From: Camelus ferus
Lineage: Eukaryota
Direction of reading: 5' to 3'
Assembly: GCF_009834535.1 (NCBI RefSeq)
Contig: NC_045696.1
Location: forward strand, 73,720,001 to 73,784,000
DNA: 64,000 nucleotides
The translations under genes were made by a program, and so were the position numbers. Of this stretch, positions 36,401 to 48,213 are shown piece by piece (position 1 is the stretch's first letter; the number at the start of each line of letters is the position of its first letter). The notes under the pieces were generated by a model. That model was not told where the DNA came from and ran no database searches. It was given only the letters and a program-made list of their open reading frames with translations.

Positions 36401-39400
36401 CTTACTTTATACCTCAAATCAGTATGTTAACAGTGAGAATCATCTACTATCCAGCTTTTGCACTCTACATATGTATGATCCATTTTACAGGATTAAAAAG
36501 AGAAAAGTGAATACAGCAAACTATTAGCTACAGTTCTAAGAGAATAGAGCTCAATCACTAAGGCACTGTGTAGTGAACTTCTAGACTGCATCTAGAATCA
36601 TACTAGTTATGCACAATCCTTGGAAGAATTGAGAAAATGGTGTTTCTGTATCATTTAAGTAGATAAGAAACTCTATTAGGTTTACAAACCTGACTTAGGG
36701 GCTCCCAGATCCAGGTGGTCATCTTTACCTAAGCAATTTTAAATATGAGTCTCAATTTACAAACTGAAGGAGTTGAAACTTCCTAAACTAAGGTAAGGTA
36801 TTCCTAGGCACCCAAAGTTGTGCCAGAAGTAAAGCTACTCCTCTCCCCAAAAATATACCATAATCTTCCTGGAGCTTTTATATCAAGCAATTTAACAATA
36901 AAACAATCATGTCATGTTTCTGGATGGTGCATACAGTTAACAGTTACAGAAAGAACTCCCTATTAAGGAAATGAAAAAAAACATGGTATACTGGTTTCAC
37001 TGTTAAAACTGGTCTCAGATCCACTACTATGTGGTAGGTCAAACAACAGAAGGCTCAGAGGATTAAAGTAAAGAAAATAAGACTCTTAACTGGCTTTATT
37101 TGCCCAAAGCTAAGTCACAATGTCCTCCCCTCAGGGACTCTTTATGATCTTTGCAGAGAACCCCAGAGACTTTTTGGAACAATTCTCAGAAGGTTCTATC
37201 AACCCTGAATGGAACCCAGCTCTCCAAGATTCTGGACATCCTCCTCCTGTCTCAATCCTAGAAGTGAGGAATATCTGGTTAAAGAGAACAAGTATCTAAT
37301 TTCCCACATGCAAAAAAAAAAAACCTTGAAAACAGAGATTATTTAATACATGGTGCTAGCACAACTGCCTACGAATATTCAAAATAAGTCTTGATGTAGT
37401 AGACATGAAATAAATAAAACTCTATCAGAAAATTTTAAAAATTATATGTTAATCTGGACACAGGCTGTCTTAACCAGGACTGGAAACCCTGAGCCTTAAC
37501 AGGTAAAAGTAAAGTTCAGTATGTAAAAAGTAGAACTTCTCTATGGCCAGAGATACTGGAAAGTTAACAGGTATAGACAGGGAAAGGGCATTATAACAGA
37601 ATCCTTAAAAAAAAAAAAAAAAAAAACTCAAAAAGTGAAATAGGACATCCCAAAAGGAAAATAGAGAAACAATAGGCAATTTATGGAAAAGCAAACCCAA
37701 ATGGCCAAACATTAAAATTCACAAGTGGGGATTTGCAAATCAAAGTTGCAAAGAGATAACCTTTCACATCCAAAGGACTAGCAAAAATCAAAGATTATAA
37801 AACCCATTTCTGGCAAGGATGTAAAGAAAAGAGTTAACATTCATCAGCAGAGAAAATAGGAAGTGTTAAACTTTTCAGAATGTAATCTGTTAACATTTAT
37901 TAGAGTTAAAAAAAAAAAATCCCTTCCAGTAAGCTGTCAAACTCTTTGAAACCTATCCAATGGAAAAACATACATGGAGCGGCAAAAATCTGAAAACAAA
38001 GTGTCTATTAACTGGGGAATGGCTAGATTTCATAATTTTTACCAAGAAATAACCATTAAAAAATTATACTCCAAGACAATACAGCCAAGGTGTAGATTAT
38101 CTTATTTTTATAAAGCAGTACTGAAGAAAACCTACATTTGTACCTGAATGTGTACCTATGTACATTCTATGAGTATTAAGAAAAATCTGGTATGATGTAT
38201 GTATACTCAGCTATAAAGAGGCTACCTGAAATGGAGTGTGGATAAGAGATCAAGTGAAGGGAAGCCAAGGAAAAAAAAAAAGGAAAAAAAATTTACAATA
38301 GAGTAAATTTGTATATGCTTATAAATATATATAAAATTAAATAAATGTGTATTTTTAAAGAGTTGATATATATCTTTAATGCTTTGTCAACCAGCACTTT
38401 TTCCATATAGCATACATATACATTATCACTACCCAATCTTTTCCAACTCTAGTGATCTCAAATCTACATTCTAAGTAACAAACTTGTTTGATGTTTACAA
38501 CACCTAAAAGATCTGAGTTGCAATCTGATTTCAGTAATAAACACAAACATTCAAGACTGCTACTTCAATCAAAAACTTTAACTTCAAACAATACACTTTT
38601 TTAAAAGGACCTAAACCTATAAATGGAAATCATTTCAAATCAATGGACACATATTCTACAAATAAAGTCCACAGATTTACTAATTACATCATTCATTACC
38701 AAAATAATTTCATCATTCTGAAATAAGTTCTATTAAGGAAAAAAAGTTATTCAAGGCAAGCCTTCAGCATCCATTACTACTGAAAATTCACCTTTTCTGA
38801 ATAAAAAAATGACAATGAGAATGTAAGGATTTCGTAAGAATACATGAATACATTATGCTTGCATAATAGTAATGTTCTTGGCTCATTAATTTCACAAGTT
38901 TATAATATCCAACAGTTCTTGAAATGGAATGACTCAGATTTCAAATGGCCACACAAAACTATAATGATTTTCCTGTTACAAAGAGTTTAAGTTCCTTATA
39001 GTTTATGTATGCATAAAGTTCTGGGACAATATCTGAACTCGACCAAGATCAACACATAACCCATTAAAAAAATTCAAGTTCAGTCTGAAACAAAATCAGA
39101 AAAGATGAAGTTTGTACATATGCGGTTATATAAAGATTAACAACAAATCAAAGAATGCCCAGAAACCGAGAATGATTCGTTTGTTCATTCAACAAATATG
39201 TACTGAAGACCTACTATACTAAATACACACAGAGTCAGGAAAGAGTAAGGAAAACTTAGACTTGAAAATAACCTGGGAGACTACTAAAAGCAAAAAGCTA
39301 TGAAGCAAGAAAGAACTTAAACGATGATTAGCCAAAATAAGAAAGGCACAGAGACAGAAGTCTGAAAGTTGAGATTCCTGATGCTGAAGAAATCTTGACA

Positions 39401-39999
39401 GGGAAATGTCATGTTCCTTTGCCAACAATAACTATAAATTTCATAGTTATTAATGAGGAGACCTCTACTCATGCTCCCAAAAAAGTTAAGCAAAAAATGC
39501 TTAGAGTACAGGACACAAGTTACAACAACTGACATTTAACTGAGATTTAATTTTGGTTCAGTCTTCCCACAGCTTACAGCTTCTTTAATGTAAAGAAAAA
39601 TAAACTGAAGAGACTGCTGTATGTGCAAATATCCATGTTCAGATTAACAAAAGCAACGCTTTGCATAGCTTAATTTTGTTTCACTCAAGCTATTCTTTAT
39701 GAGGATTCAGTCCTAGAAGATTTACTCCTAGAAAATTCAATAGAAGCATCACAACAGAACTTATTACTATTAGCTAAAAAATCTGCGAAAGAATTTTCTA
39801 AAACCTTTTGATACTACTGTACCAATGTTACCAAGATGTGACACATCTTAAGAAAACTTGAGTAGAAATTTTCACATATATACCTATATAAAAAAGCACT
39901 TCAAATATTTCCCAGAATACCATACACAACCAACAATATAAACTGAAGATGGTATAAATCATAACCATCCAGCACAAATTATAATTTGACCCACATATC

Positions 40000-40240
40000 T
40001 AGTTTTAAAAGTTCTAGGTGTATTAAAATACATAAAAAGTAACAGGTGGAGTTAATTTTAATAATTTTAACCATATGTATCCAAAATATTATTTCAACAT
40101 GTAATCAGTATTTTAAAATTACAGAGTCTTACATTCCTTTCTTTGAAAAACAGCATGTCTTTGAAATTTAGCATGACTTTTACAATTAAAGCACATCTCA
40201 ATTCACACTAGCACATTTCAGTCCCATAGCTAGTGGCTCA
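40000..40240. mobile_element. MER3/MER33-like hAT-Charlie fragment
   Basis: atccaaaatattatttcaacatgtaatca...agcacatctcaattc...cacatttca...tagtggct. Confidence 0.7.
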
Positions 40241-40394
40241 ACATAGAAAAGATTTTTGTAAAGGGAAGACAGCTCAAATCATTTCTAGAGGAATCCTCCC
40301 AATTCAGTTCTCTTGACTTCCACTGTATTAATCAGTAATAATTTATAAGTAATGATCATTTATAAGCCATATATTTATACTTGGAAAAAAAATC

Positions 40395-40605
40395 ACATAA
40401 TGGTTAAAGAGATAGGCGCTCTGGAGCCTGAAAGATCATTCTGAATGTTGAATCAGCCTATTTTACAGACCTAGATTCCCTTAGCCTCAGTTTCCTCAGC
40501 TGGTTGTAACTCTCTTTCACTATGATTGAGAGGGCTTAATAAGATAAACTGATGTAAAGTACTTTCACATAATCTGATACTCCTGAGTGCTCAATAAATA
40601 ACAGC
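40395..40605 (+). mobile_element. MIR SINE
   Basis: tggttaaaga...ctctggagcc...gcctcagtttcctca...gtgctcaataaat. Confidence 0.75.
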
Positions 40606-43600
40606 TGTTGCTAGAGCGGGATGGGACTTTAGTGAAGTAACCTAGCAGATTCCACACTGTCTTTTAAGAGAAAACCCAGCGCCTCACACTGCAGATGAAA
40701 AACCCAAGGTCTCACAAGTAGTTAGTACGATCATAGAACACATATTGCTCTTCCCACAACAAAAAAAGCAAGTTTGCTACATCCTTCATCATGGTAGAGA
40801 ATGCACTTCTTGAGTTACCCAGTCAAGTGTCTGCCTTATCTCCCTATCTAAAGCATAACCTTAACTACTTACTACCCTCAGATTTCCTTTGGAGAACCTC
40901 TGATGCTATGCTAAACTTATACAACTGGAAGTTGAGAAGCCCTAGAGCTAAATCTCATTTCAGTACAGTATAATTGGGACAACTTACTTAATCATTATTA
41001 GTTACCTAATACGTAAAACGAGGATAAAAACACATACCTCACTGCAGTCCTTGAGAGAATAAAATTAGTTAGCACATGTATAAGCCGCAACGAATATACA
41101 GTAAATAATAGGCACTCATACTAAATTATTATCTTAGTCACAGAAGGCACACAAATACCTGATGATACAGAAAATACACAGGGGCATAAAAATAAAAATG
41201 AGGGAAAAAAATATTTTCTGTAAGCAAAGCCAAAGCTTTTACAATATATCCTAGATGAGACTTTTTCTTTTTTCACTTTTCTGTTTTCAGATTTTTCCTA
41301 ATTACATATAGTTCTTGTAATACAAAACCAAACTTCACAGGAAAAATATTTAATTTCAATTTCTAAAAATTAAGTGGCCTTTTCAAGTAAGTTAAATCTT
41401 AGTTCTTTTAATATTTATAAAAACTGCATTTTAAAACATGCACAAAAGTAGCTTCAAAATACCTGTAACTGTGTGCTTTTAACTTAATAGAGTGGCCCTA
41501 GTATTAAGACAGCCACTATCTTTTCCTGAATTACTAATCTCCAGCAACATATCAAAACATTCTGTACTAACACTGAAAAGTCAGTAGTCTCAAAACAACT
41601 CTTTCACTGTAACTCTGTAGGTCACCTTCATTAGTGATAATAAGCCTACTGCAAAATTTAATTATTCTCAAATCTCATTTTAATATTAAGCTAAAGCTAA
41701 AAGGAAATTCTGGAAATATCGCAGTACTTTGAAATTTGTTTTGCAAACAATTAGCGTCAAAAGCAGAAATCACAGAGTTCCAAAAGTAATTCTATTTTCT
41801 ACAGAGAAGGCTTGAAATTCATTCAGCCATCTTAGAGATCACACATTTCCTTGGAACACCATGGAAACTTTCCTCTACAAGAGCCAGAAACTGAGTGACT
41901 TACTTTCAACTTCTAGTTAAAATTATATTCTGCCCACGGCTATGCAAGTTGCAATGCTATTACAAAGCTTAATATCACACACATGAGTTAAAAAGTATTT
42001 TAATTATTCCAAATGGGCACGAGGCTTTTCTGGGGTTAATAGAGATGTTAAATAAGATTGTGGTAATTGTTACACAACTCTGTAAGTACACTATTATAGA
42101 ATGTAAAATCTATCGAAAAGCTAAAGGAAAAGGTGAGGGGCGGGGGGGGGGGCACCTTAAATGACCAGTAGTATAAACCCTAAGATGCTACACTCCGGTA
42201 GAAAAGGCAAATTTTTATATAAAATTACATCCCCTATCATAACATATTTCCCATTTTTCCCAATCCCCAAAGAGTTACAGGGCTGCAAACAGGAGCATAT
42301 CAAATTTTTTATCTTTAACAACCACAGATCCACTGTTAAGTAAAAAGAACAGGATGCAGGACAAAGTATTTAGTGTGCAACAGTCTGTGTAAATATTTTC
42401 GGGGGTGTGGGGGGGAGACTATCCTATTTTTAGGTCAACTCTTCCGCTTTTCCCTGGTTCCAATTACTATGTGAAATGAAGTTTCAGTTCTACTAAAAAT
42501 CTTAAATCAATGTCCATAGAGCAATGCCTTAGGCACTGATGATACTGGCTACTAATCCCATGACTCTGAAATTCTTCAATGACAATTCACATTTACAGCT
42601 GGGGGGGGGGGGAATCAGAATCACCTGTATGTTTAAAACCACCACTAAAAAAATACACCGAAGTGTTAACAGCTGTTATCGCAAAGCAACTTGTTTTTTC
42701 CTGACAGTTTCCAAAATTCCCTCAATGACCATGTATTAATTTTTAAATAGGAAAAAAATTATTTAAAATGAAACTATCGCTACACCAAACAGAAGACGCC
42801 AAATTTTGAACTTTACACAGTATTCTCTATGATTCTACATTTAGGACATTGTGGAAAAGGTAAAACTATGGGGACAGAAACCACCATAGGTTCTGGGAGT
42901 GAGAGAAGTTGACTACAAAGGGGCATGATAGAAATTTAGGGAATGGTAGAACTATTCTATCACTTCATTGTGTTCGTGGTGGTTACATAAATGTCACCAT
43001 TTATAAAAAGTTTACATAACCATGTCAAAAAACGTATTTTACTACATGCAAATTAATTTTAAAAATTCATGGAGTTGAAATTAATAAAGTGTGCAATGAG
43101 CCAATTTTTTTTTCCAAGTGGACAGTTTCCTGGGATAAAAAACACTGCAGACTACTGAACTACTTCAAACCCCTCACTTTACAAAAAAAGAAAATATGCC
43201 CAAGGAAATTTGTTCAGGATGTTATTATTGCTAGATACATTTAAACCGAGGTACAGACCTAGAATTCCCACTTGTTTAATTTCAAATGCAGGGCTCCCTC
43301 CTCTTCATCATCCTCACGCTTCTAGAGTTCTGAAGATCATAGTTGCCACACATGTACAAGCGGATTATGGCAGGACATAAAATTCCAACTGTGTGTGCTT
43401 TTTCAGTACATACAAATGTGGCTAGGGTCCTTCCCAACCTCTGCCAAAGAACCACATTACTTTATTTTGTTAGGTAAAAATGGGTAATGAAATCAAAGTC
43501 TAAGAATTTGTATAGATAATAATCAACAATAAACACTTTAGAGTTTCAAAATGGATTCGACTACTGACGAAACAAAGTAAAAGGAAAAAAAGAGACAGAA

Positions 43601-45049
43601 AAAGTAAGATGGTAAACAATCTTCACTAAAACTTTCAAAAAGACCATCTTATTACAGAATCTTATGAATTTAAAAAGTGTATTTACAGCACGTGATATCA
43701 TAAAAATATGAGTAAAAAGAAATGTTTTACCTACCATTGACATGCTGAAAATAATTCGTTAAGGCATAGTAATCCTTTTCTACTTTTCAACAGATAACCA
43801 GGAAAAATGCCAGTATGCCAGGAAAAAATGCATACATCCATTGAACAAGAATTGTATGGCCAAATAGCAAGAATTTGAAATTTTTTCATGGGGTGGGAAG
43901 ATGTTGATGCAAAAATGAACCTTATCTACCCTTGAGAGGAAAGGTATGATAAGCCCATTCTTTGTGCATTATGCCACAACTGTATCTGCAGTTGTTCAGA
44001 GAACGCAACCATTAGGCTTAAGAAGTTAATGAAGTATCTACTCTTGTCTGACACCAAGTTTTAAATCTAGACTGATAATATAAAATTTGTCACGCATTAA
44101 AAGACTCCTTTCTACCAGTCATTGTTTTTACTTTATGCTGACCACCTAAACAGATTTAAACTTGTAAAAAGCTTAGGGAGATCGTTTAGACGCCAACTGT
44201 GATTCCCCACTACGCTATTACCACGTGACAGCTAAACCAATTCCACACAGCTCATTAGTAAACAAGGAAAGGCAAAAACAACGCTGAAAGTAAGAGATTA
44301 CGACTACCTATTAAATTAAAATACTGTGGGGGATAAAAGATACGCTAAAACGAAACTCAGTGAGAATACATTCTGCATACCCACAATATTCCTGTTATTA
44401 GGAGACGGCCCTTAATAAAAATAGCCAGGACTCTCAAACATTTGAGATGCTGGCTTAGTGAGACTGACTGACAGACAACAGCTGGGGAGATTTTGTATTG
44501 ATCTTGTAACACTGAAGGCACACTCTGGGAGAAAAGGAGAATTGGGAGAAGAGACCGTTATAATGGCAAAACTAAACTAAGGATTTCATTTTCATTTCTA
44601 TGACCCCTACATCAGAAGCCCCTACTGAATTCCTCTACTCTCGAATTCCTCTTCCATGTGCCAGCCCCGATCCCATAGCAATGCATCTCCTTCCTCCCGC
44701 TGGAAACTAACAAAAACCTCGGGGGAGGGGGGGGCAAAAATCAACACCTTCTTCCAAAAACACCAGGGAACTGATTAAAAGCAAAAAACCTAGTCACGTC
44801 CCCACCTGTGTCTCCCTGATCCCGTTTCACGCTTTAATTCTTAAAGGCTAAAACTCTTCGCCGTTTCTTCCGTAATAGAGGGGCTAAGGCGCCGCCCAAT
44901 CTCCCAGGCTGCAAAAAATATTTCTACTAGCCACATTTCAAGGGTTTCTGGTTTTCTCTCTTTGATCCTAACCCTTAATCCGGTATCCGCTTCCCTTTCA
45001 GACACTAAAGTTTATTAGCACAAAACCCTAGTACAAAGGTGAATTCTTA

Positions 45050-46030
45050 AGATTCCGCGACGCGCCCCCCAAGGGGGTGGGGAGGGGTCAGAGCAGCGAG
45101 CCGAGGCGCTCGCGCTCGGCACAGTCCGAGGGGCGGGGGAGCGGCTGTGACCACACAATCCCACTACCTCCTTTCACGACTCCCCCACCTCCCGGAGCTC
45201 AGGCCTGCTCCCGAGGAGCTCCCTGCGGCCCTGCAGCCACTCAGCTTCTCCTCACCGGCCCGCCAAGGGCCTCGCACCCAAGAAGAAGGTTCACGAGTAG
45301 AAAAACTCAAGAGGTGTCCAACGTGTTGTTTCAAAACATAACGGAGCCGGGGCCCCCGAGACCGTTAAACCGCGGGTGGAGGGGGGAGAAGCGATGAACC
45401 CAGCGGCCTCGGGCTTTGGCCTGGCCGCCTTTTTCGACCCCAAAACTCAGTCTCCTGGACCACCACCCCTCCCCCAAACCTGCCCCAGCCGCCAGAATAC
45501 CCAACAAAGCGCCAAAAGGCTCGGTACCTTGTAGAAAGCCCCGTTGGAGCCGCGAACCTCCACCGTCAGCTCCGCCATGTTGGAACCGCAAAGGCCGCTG
45601 GGAAGAGATTCTAGAAACTTTCCAACCAGAGGGGAGGAGGGGGGAGGGGCGTGAAGGAGGCAGGGGGAGGGACGGGGAAAACAGGGCGGGGACTGGGATC
45701 CCCCGCCCCACACCCCTGGGGTCTCACCTAGCCGCTCCGACTCTCCCTGTGGGATCCCTCCGCCCTTTACATCACTCGCCCACGGCTCCGCCCGCCGCCG
45801 CCGACGCCCAGTTTGCCTCCCGACACAATCGCCCGACCTTTGCTGACCCGCCCCTACGTCCCCGCCTCCCAGTGCCCGCTGCTTGCCCGCCCCAGCGGGT
45901 CGGTCCCTCCAGCCGCCGGGGAGTGAACTGACCGGGCACCGCCTGTCCCGCGCATCTGTATTCCTCTGCTCTCGGGCATCTTGCCCTGAAACTTCCTTGA
46001 AATTCTAGTAGCCCTGGAGTAGCGTCCTCA
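45050..46030. promoter_or_regulatory. FXR1: CpG island / FXR1 promoter and 5'UTR
   Basis: Abrupt GC- and CpG-rich block around the ATG with multiple GGGCGG/CCGCCC GC boxes in an otherwise CpG-depleted window. Confidence 0.9.
45528..45578 (-). CDS. FXR1: FXR1 coding exon 1 (51 nt, [17 protein letters not shown])
   Basis: ATG in CCAACATGG Kozak context at 45578-45576; donor AAG|GTACCG. Confidence 0.98.
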
Positions 46031-46868
46031 CCTCGGGAAGAGCAACTTTGGGGGCTCCAATTGTCCATTGGCACAAATTTTGGAGGAAAGAGGAAGACTA
46101 AAAATGTGCATGCTATGTGCTCTGAATTCTTTCGCCTAGCTCAATTTTTAAAAATCGGTGGCCTTCTCTTGGCTCAAATTCCACAGTTCCACACCACCTC
46201 ACACAGTTCAGTCGAGCCCTCTCCCCACCTGTTACAACGTTAGCTGCTGAAAAAGTCAAGCTAAGTTCAACTTTTTGCGGTTCAATTTAGATGTGTTCAT
46301 AACCTGCAATAGAGTTTAGGGTAATCCTCATTGTTAGAAGTAATCAGGGAAACTTAATAGGAGACGACGTTTTCCCCTGCTGCAATGAATAGGAATGTCC
46401 ACAAACAGGATCAAAGCAGAATCAACTTGTGTGTTTTTTCTACCAGCACCTACCCCAATACTGTTAAGCATTATAATGGAGATGTTTTTAGTATCTATTA
46501 TTTTCCCAAAGCAAGGCCTGTGGAAATACTACTTAGAAGTATTCTTTTGTGTGTTGTATTACTATTTTGACAAAAAAGCTTCAGAAAAGGATGATTTGCT
46601 GGCACTCTACACTCAAGGAAATGCCCACAGGCATAGCCCTAGTCTTTCTGAAGAAAGGAGGTCCCTAAAAAATGTACATAACAGTTTGATCAGCACTTCT
46701 ACATCTCTAAGGATTGGGGAAAGAAATGGAGCCCGTAGAATTGCCCCATATTACTATATACGGAATACTTTTTTTAAAATACTGATCATGGTGAGGAAAA
46801 TGTAAACAAACTAAACACACTCGAGTAATAACCACTATTTATTAAGGGCTTCATCTGTCCAATGCTTT

Positions 46869-46954
46869 TTTTTTTTTAATTATTTATTTATTTTAATGGA
46901 GGATTGAACCCAGGACCTCTGCATGCACTCTACCACTGAGCTATACCCACCTCC
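46869..46954 (-). mobile_element. tRNA-derived SINE (Vic-1-like, internally deleted)
   Basis: gattgaacccaggacct...ctctaccactgagctatac; TSD ctgtcca(a/g)tgcttt at 46855-46868 / 46955-46968. Confidence 0.88.
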
Positions 46955-47019
46955 CTGTCCAGTGCTTTATATACCATTTTATTACGATCCTTCAGAATTA
47001 TAATGCCCTAGTTTGCTTT

Positions 47020-47664
47020 TTTCAACAGCTTTATTGAGATATAATTCACATATCATACAATTCATTGATTTAAACTGTAAAATTCAATAGTTTTTAGTAT
47101 ATTCACAGAGTTGTGCAGCCATCACCATAATCAATTTTAGAACATTTTCACCACTCCAGAATAAAAACTCTATACTTGTTGGCAGTCACTCCTATTTCAC
47201 CCCAATCGCCAGAGCCCTAGGCAACCACTAATCTACTTTTTGTCGCTATTAGATTTGCCTAGTCTAGATATTTCATATAAATAGAAGCATAGAATGTGTG
47301 GTCTTTTATGGCTGGCTTCTTTCAGTTAGCACAGTGTTTTCAAGGGTCAGCCATGTTGTAGCATATATCATCATTCATTCCTTTTTATTGTCAAATATAC
47401 CATTGTATACCACAACATTTTATTTATTCATTCAACTGTTGGTGGACATTGCCGTATTTTCACTTTTTTAGCTGTTAGGAATAATATATGAAGATTACAG
47501 TTATTGTATAGACAGACCTTTTAATTATTCTTGAGTATATGGTTAGAATTGGAATTGCTGACTCATAAGGTAACTGCATGTTTAACCTTTTGAGGAATTG
47601 CCAGACTCTTTTCCAAAGCAGCTGCACCATTTGCATTCCCACCAGCAATGTATAAGGGTCCTAT
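47020..47664 (-). mobile_element. L1MB-like 3' end
   Basis: acagctttattgagatataattcacatatcatacaattc...ggcaaccactaatctactttt...ccaaagcagctgcaccatttgcattcccaccagcaatg. Confidence 0.85.
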
Positions 47665-48213
47665 TGTTACCAAACTCCAGTTCGGCTGCTCACTGCTCAA
47701 AAATCAATACTCAGGAGAGACAAATGTTGATAGAAAGGAAAGTTGCTTTTCATCAGAATGCTGGCCATGTGGGGAGGTGGTGGACTCAGGGTCCACAAAA
47801 ACCAACTCTGAAGATTCTGCTTAGCCGAGAAAGTTTTAAAGGGGAAAGAGGAAGAAATCTCAGTCAATCATTGAGATAGGGGGTCAGAGTTGTCACTATC
47901 CCCCACTGAGTGCAGGCTTGTCGACTTCTCCTGATCTTTTCTGTAGATGCTTTCTTGTTCACATAGTTTGTTCACAAGATTACTGAAGGAGAAGCTAGAG
48001 AAGAGACCCGGTCATCTGTTAATTACTTATTCTCCATTCCTACTTCTTTGATCTATGAGAAGAATGGACATGTTAGGCAAGGTATTGTGCGATCAAGATT
48101 TGAAAGGTGTGTGAGGGCCAGACATGAGTAAAGCATGGGGGTGCCTGGTTTAAGGTTGGTGATAAGACAAAAGGGGTTTCTGGCTGAGGGGCTTTTTCCT
48201 GCAAAGGGCTACT
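47665..48213 (-). mobile_element. Probable ERV solo LTR
   Basis: ~550-bp block of distinct composition starting TGTTACC right where the L1 homology stops; LTR-like appearance, TSD not clear. Confidence 0.5.

Larger units (their letters stand above)
811..45578 (-). other. FXR1: FXR1 gene, 5' part (coding exons 1-13; continues past window start)
   Basis: 13 GT-AG exons splice in phase to [41 protein letters not shown]...[14 protein letters not shown], recognisable as FXR1 (FMR1 starts MEELVVEV). Confidence 0.98.

Noticed and set aside
45792..45803. FMR1-like CGG repeat in the leader
   Set aside because: Only 4 units; not an expandable tract.
45077..46074. Several 64-171 aa ORFs on both strands across the CpG island
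   Set aside because: Expected from stop-codon scarcity in GC-rich DNA; Pro/Arg/Gly-rich with no recognisable domain. Only the 17-codon FXR1 exon 1 is supported.
46395..46805. 136-aa ORF divergent from the FXR1 promoter
   Set aside because: No recognisable homology, AT-rich composition, no exon structure; treated as a chance ORF.
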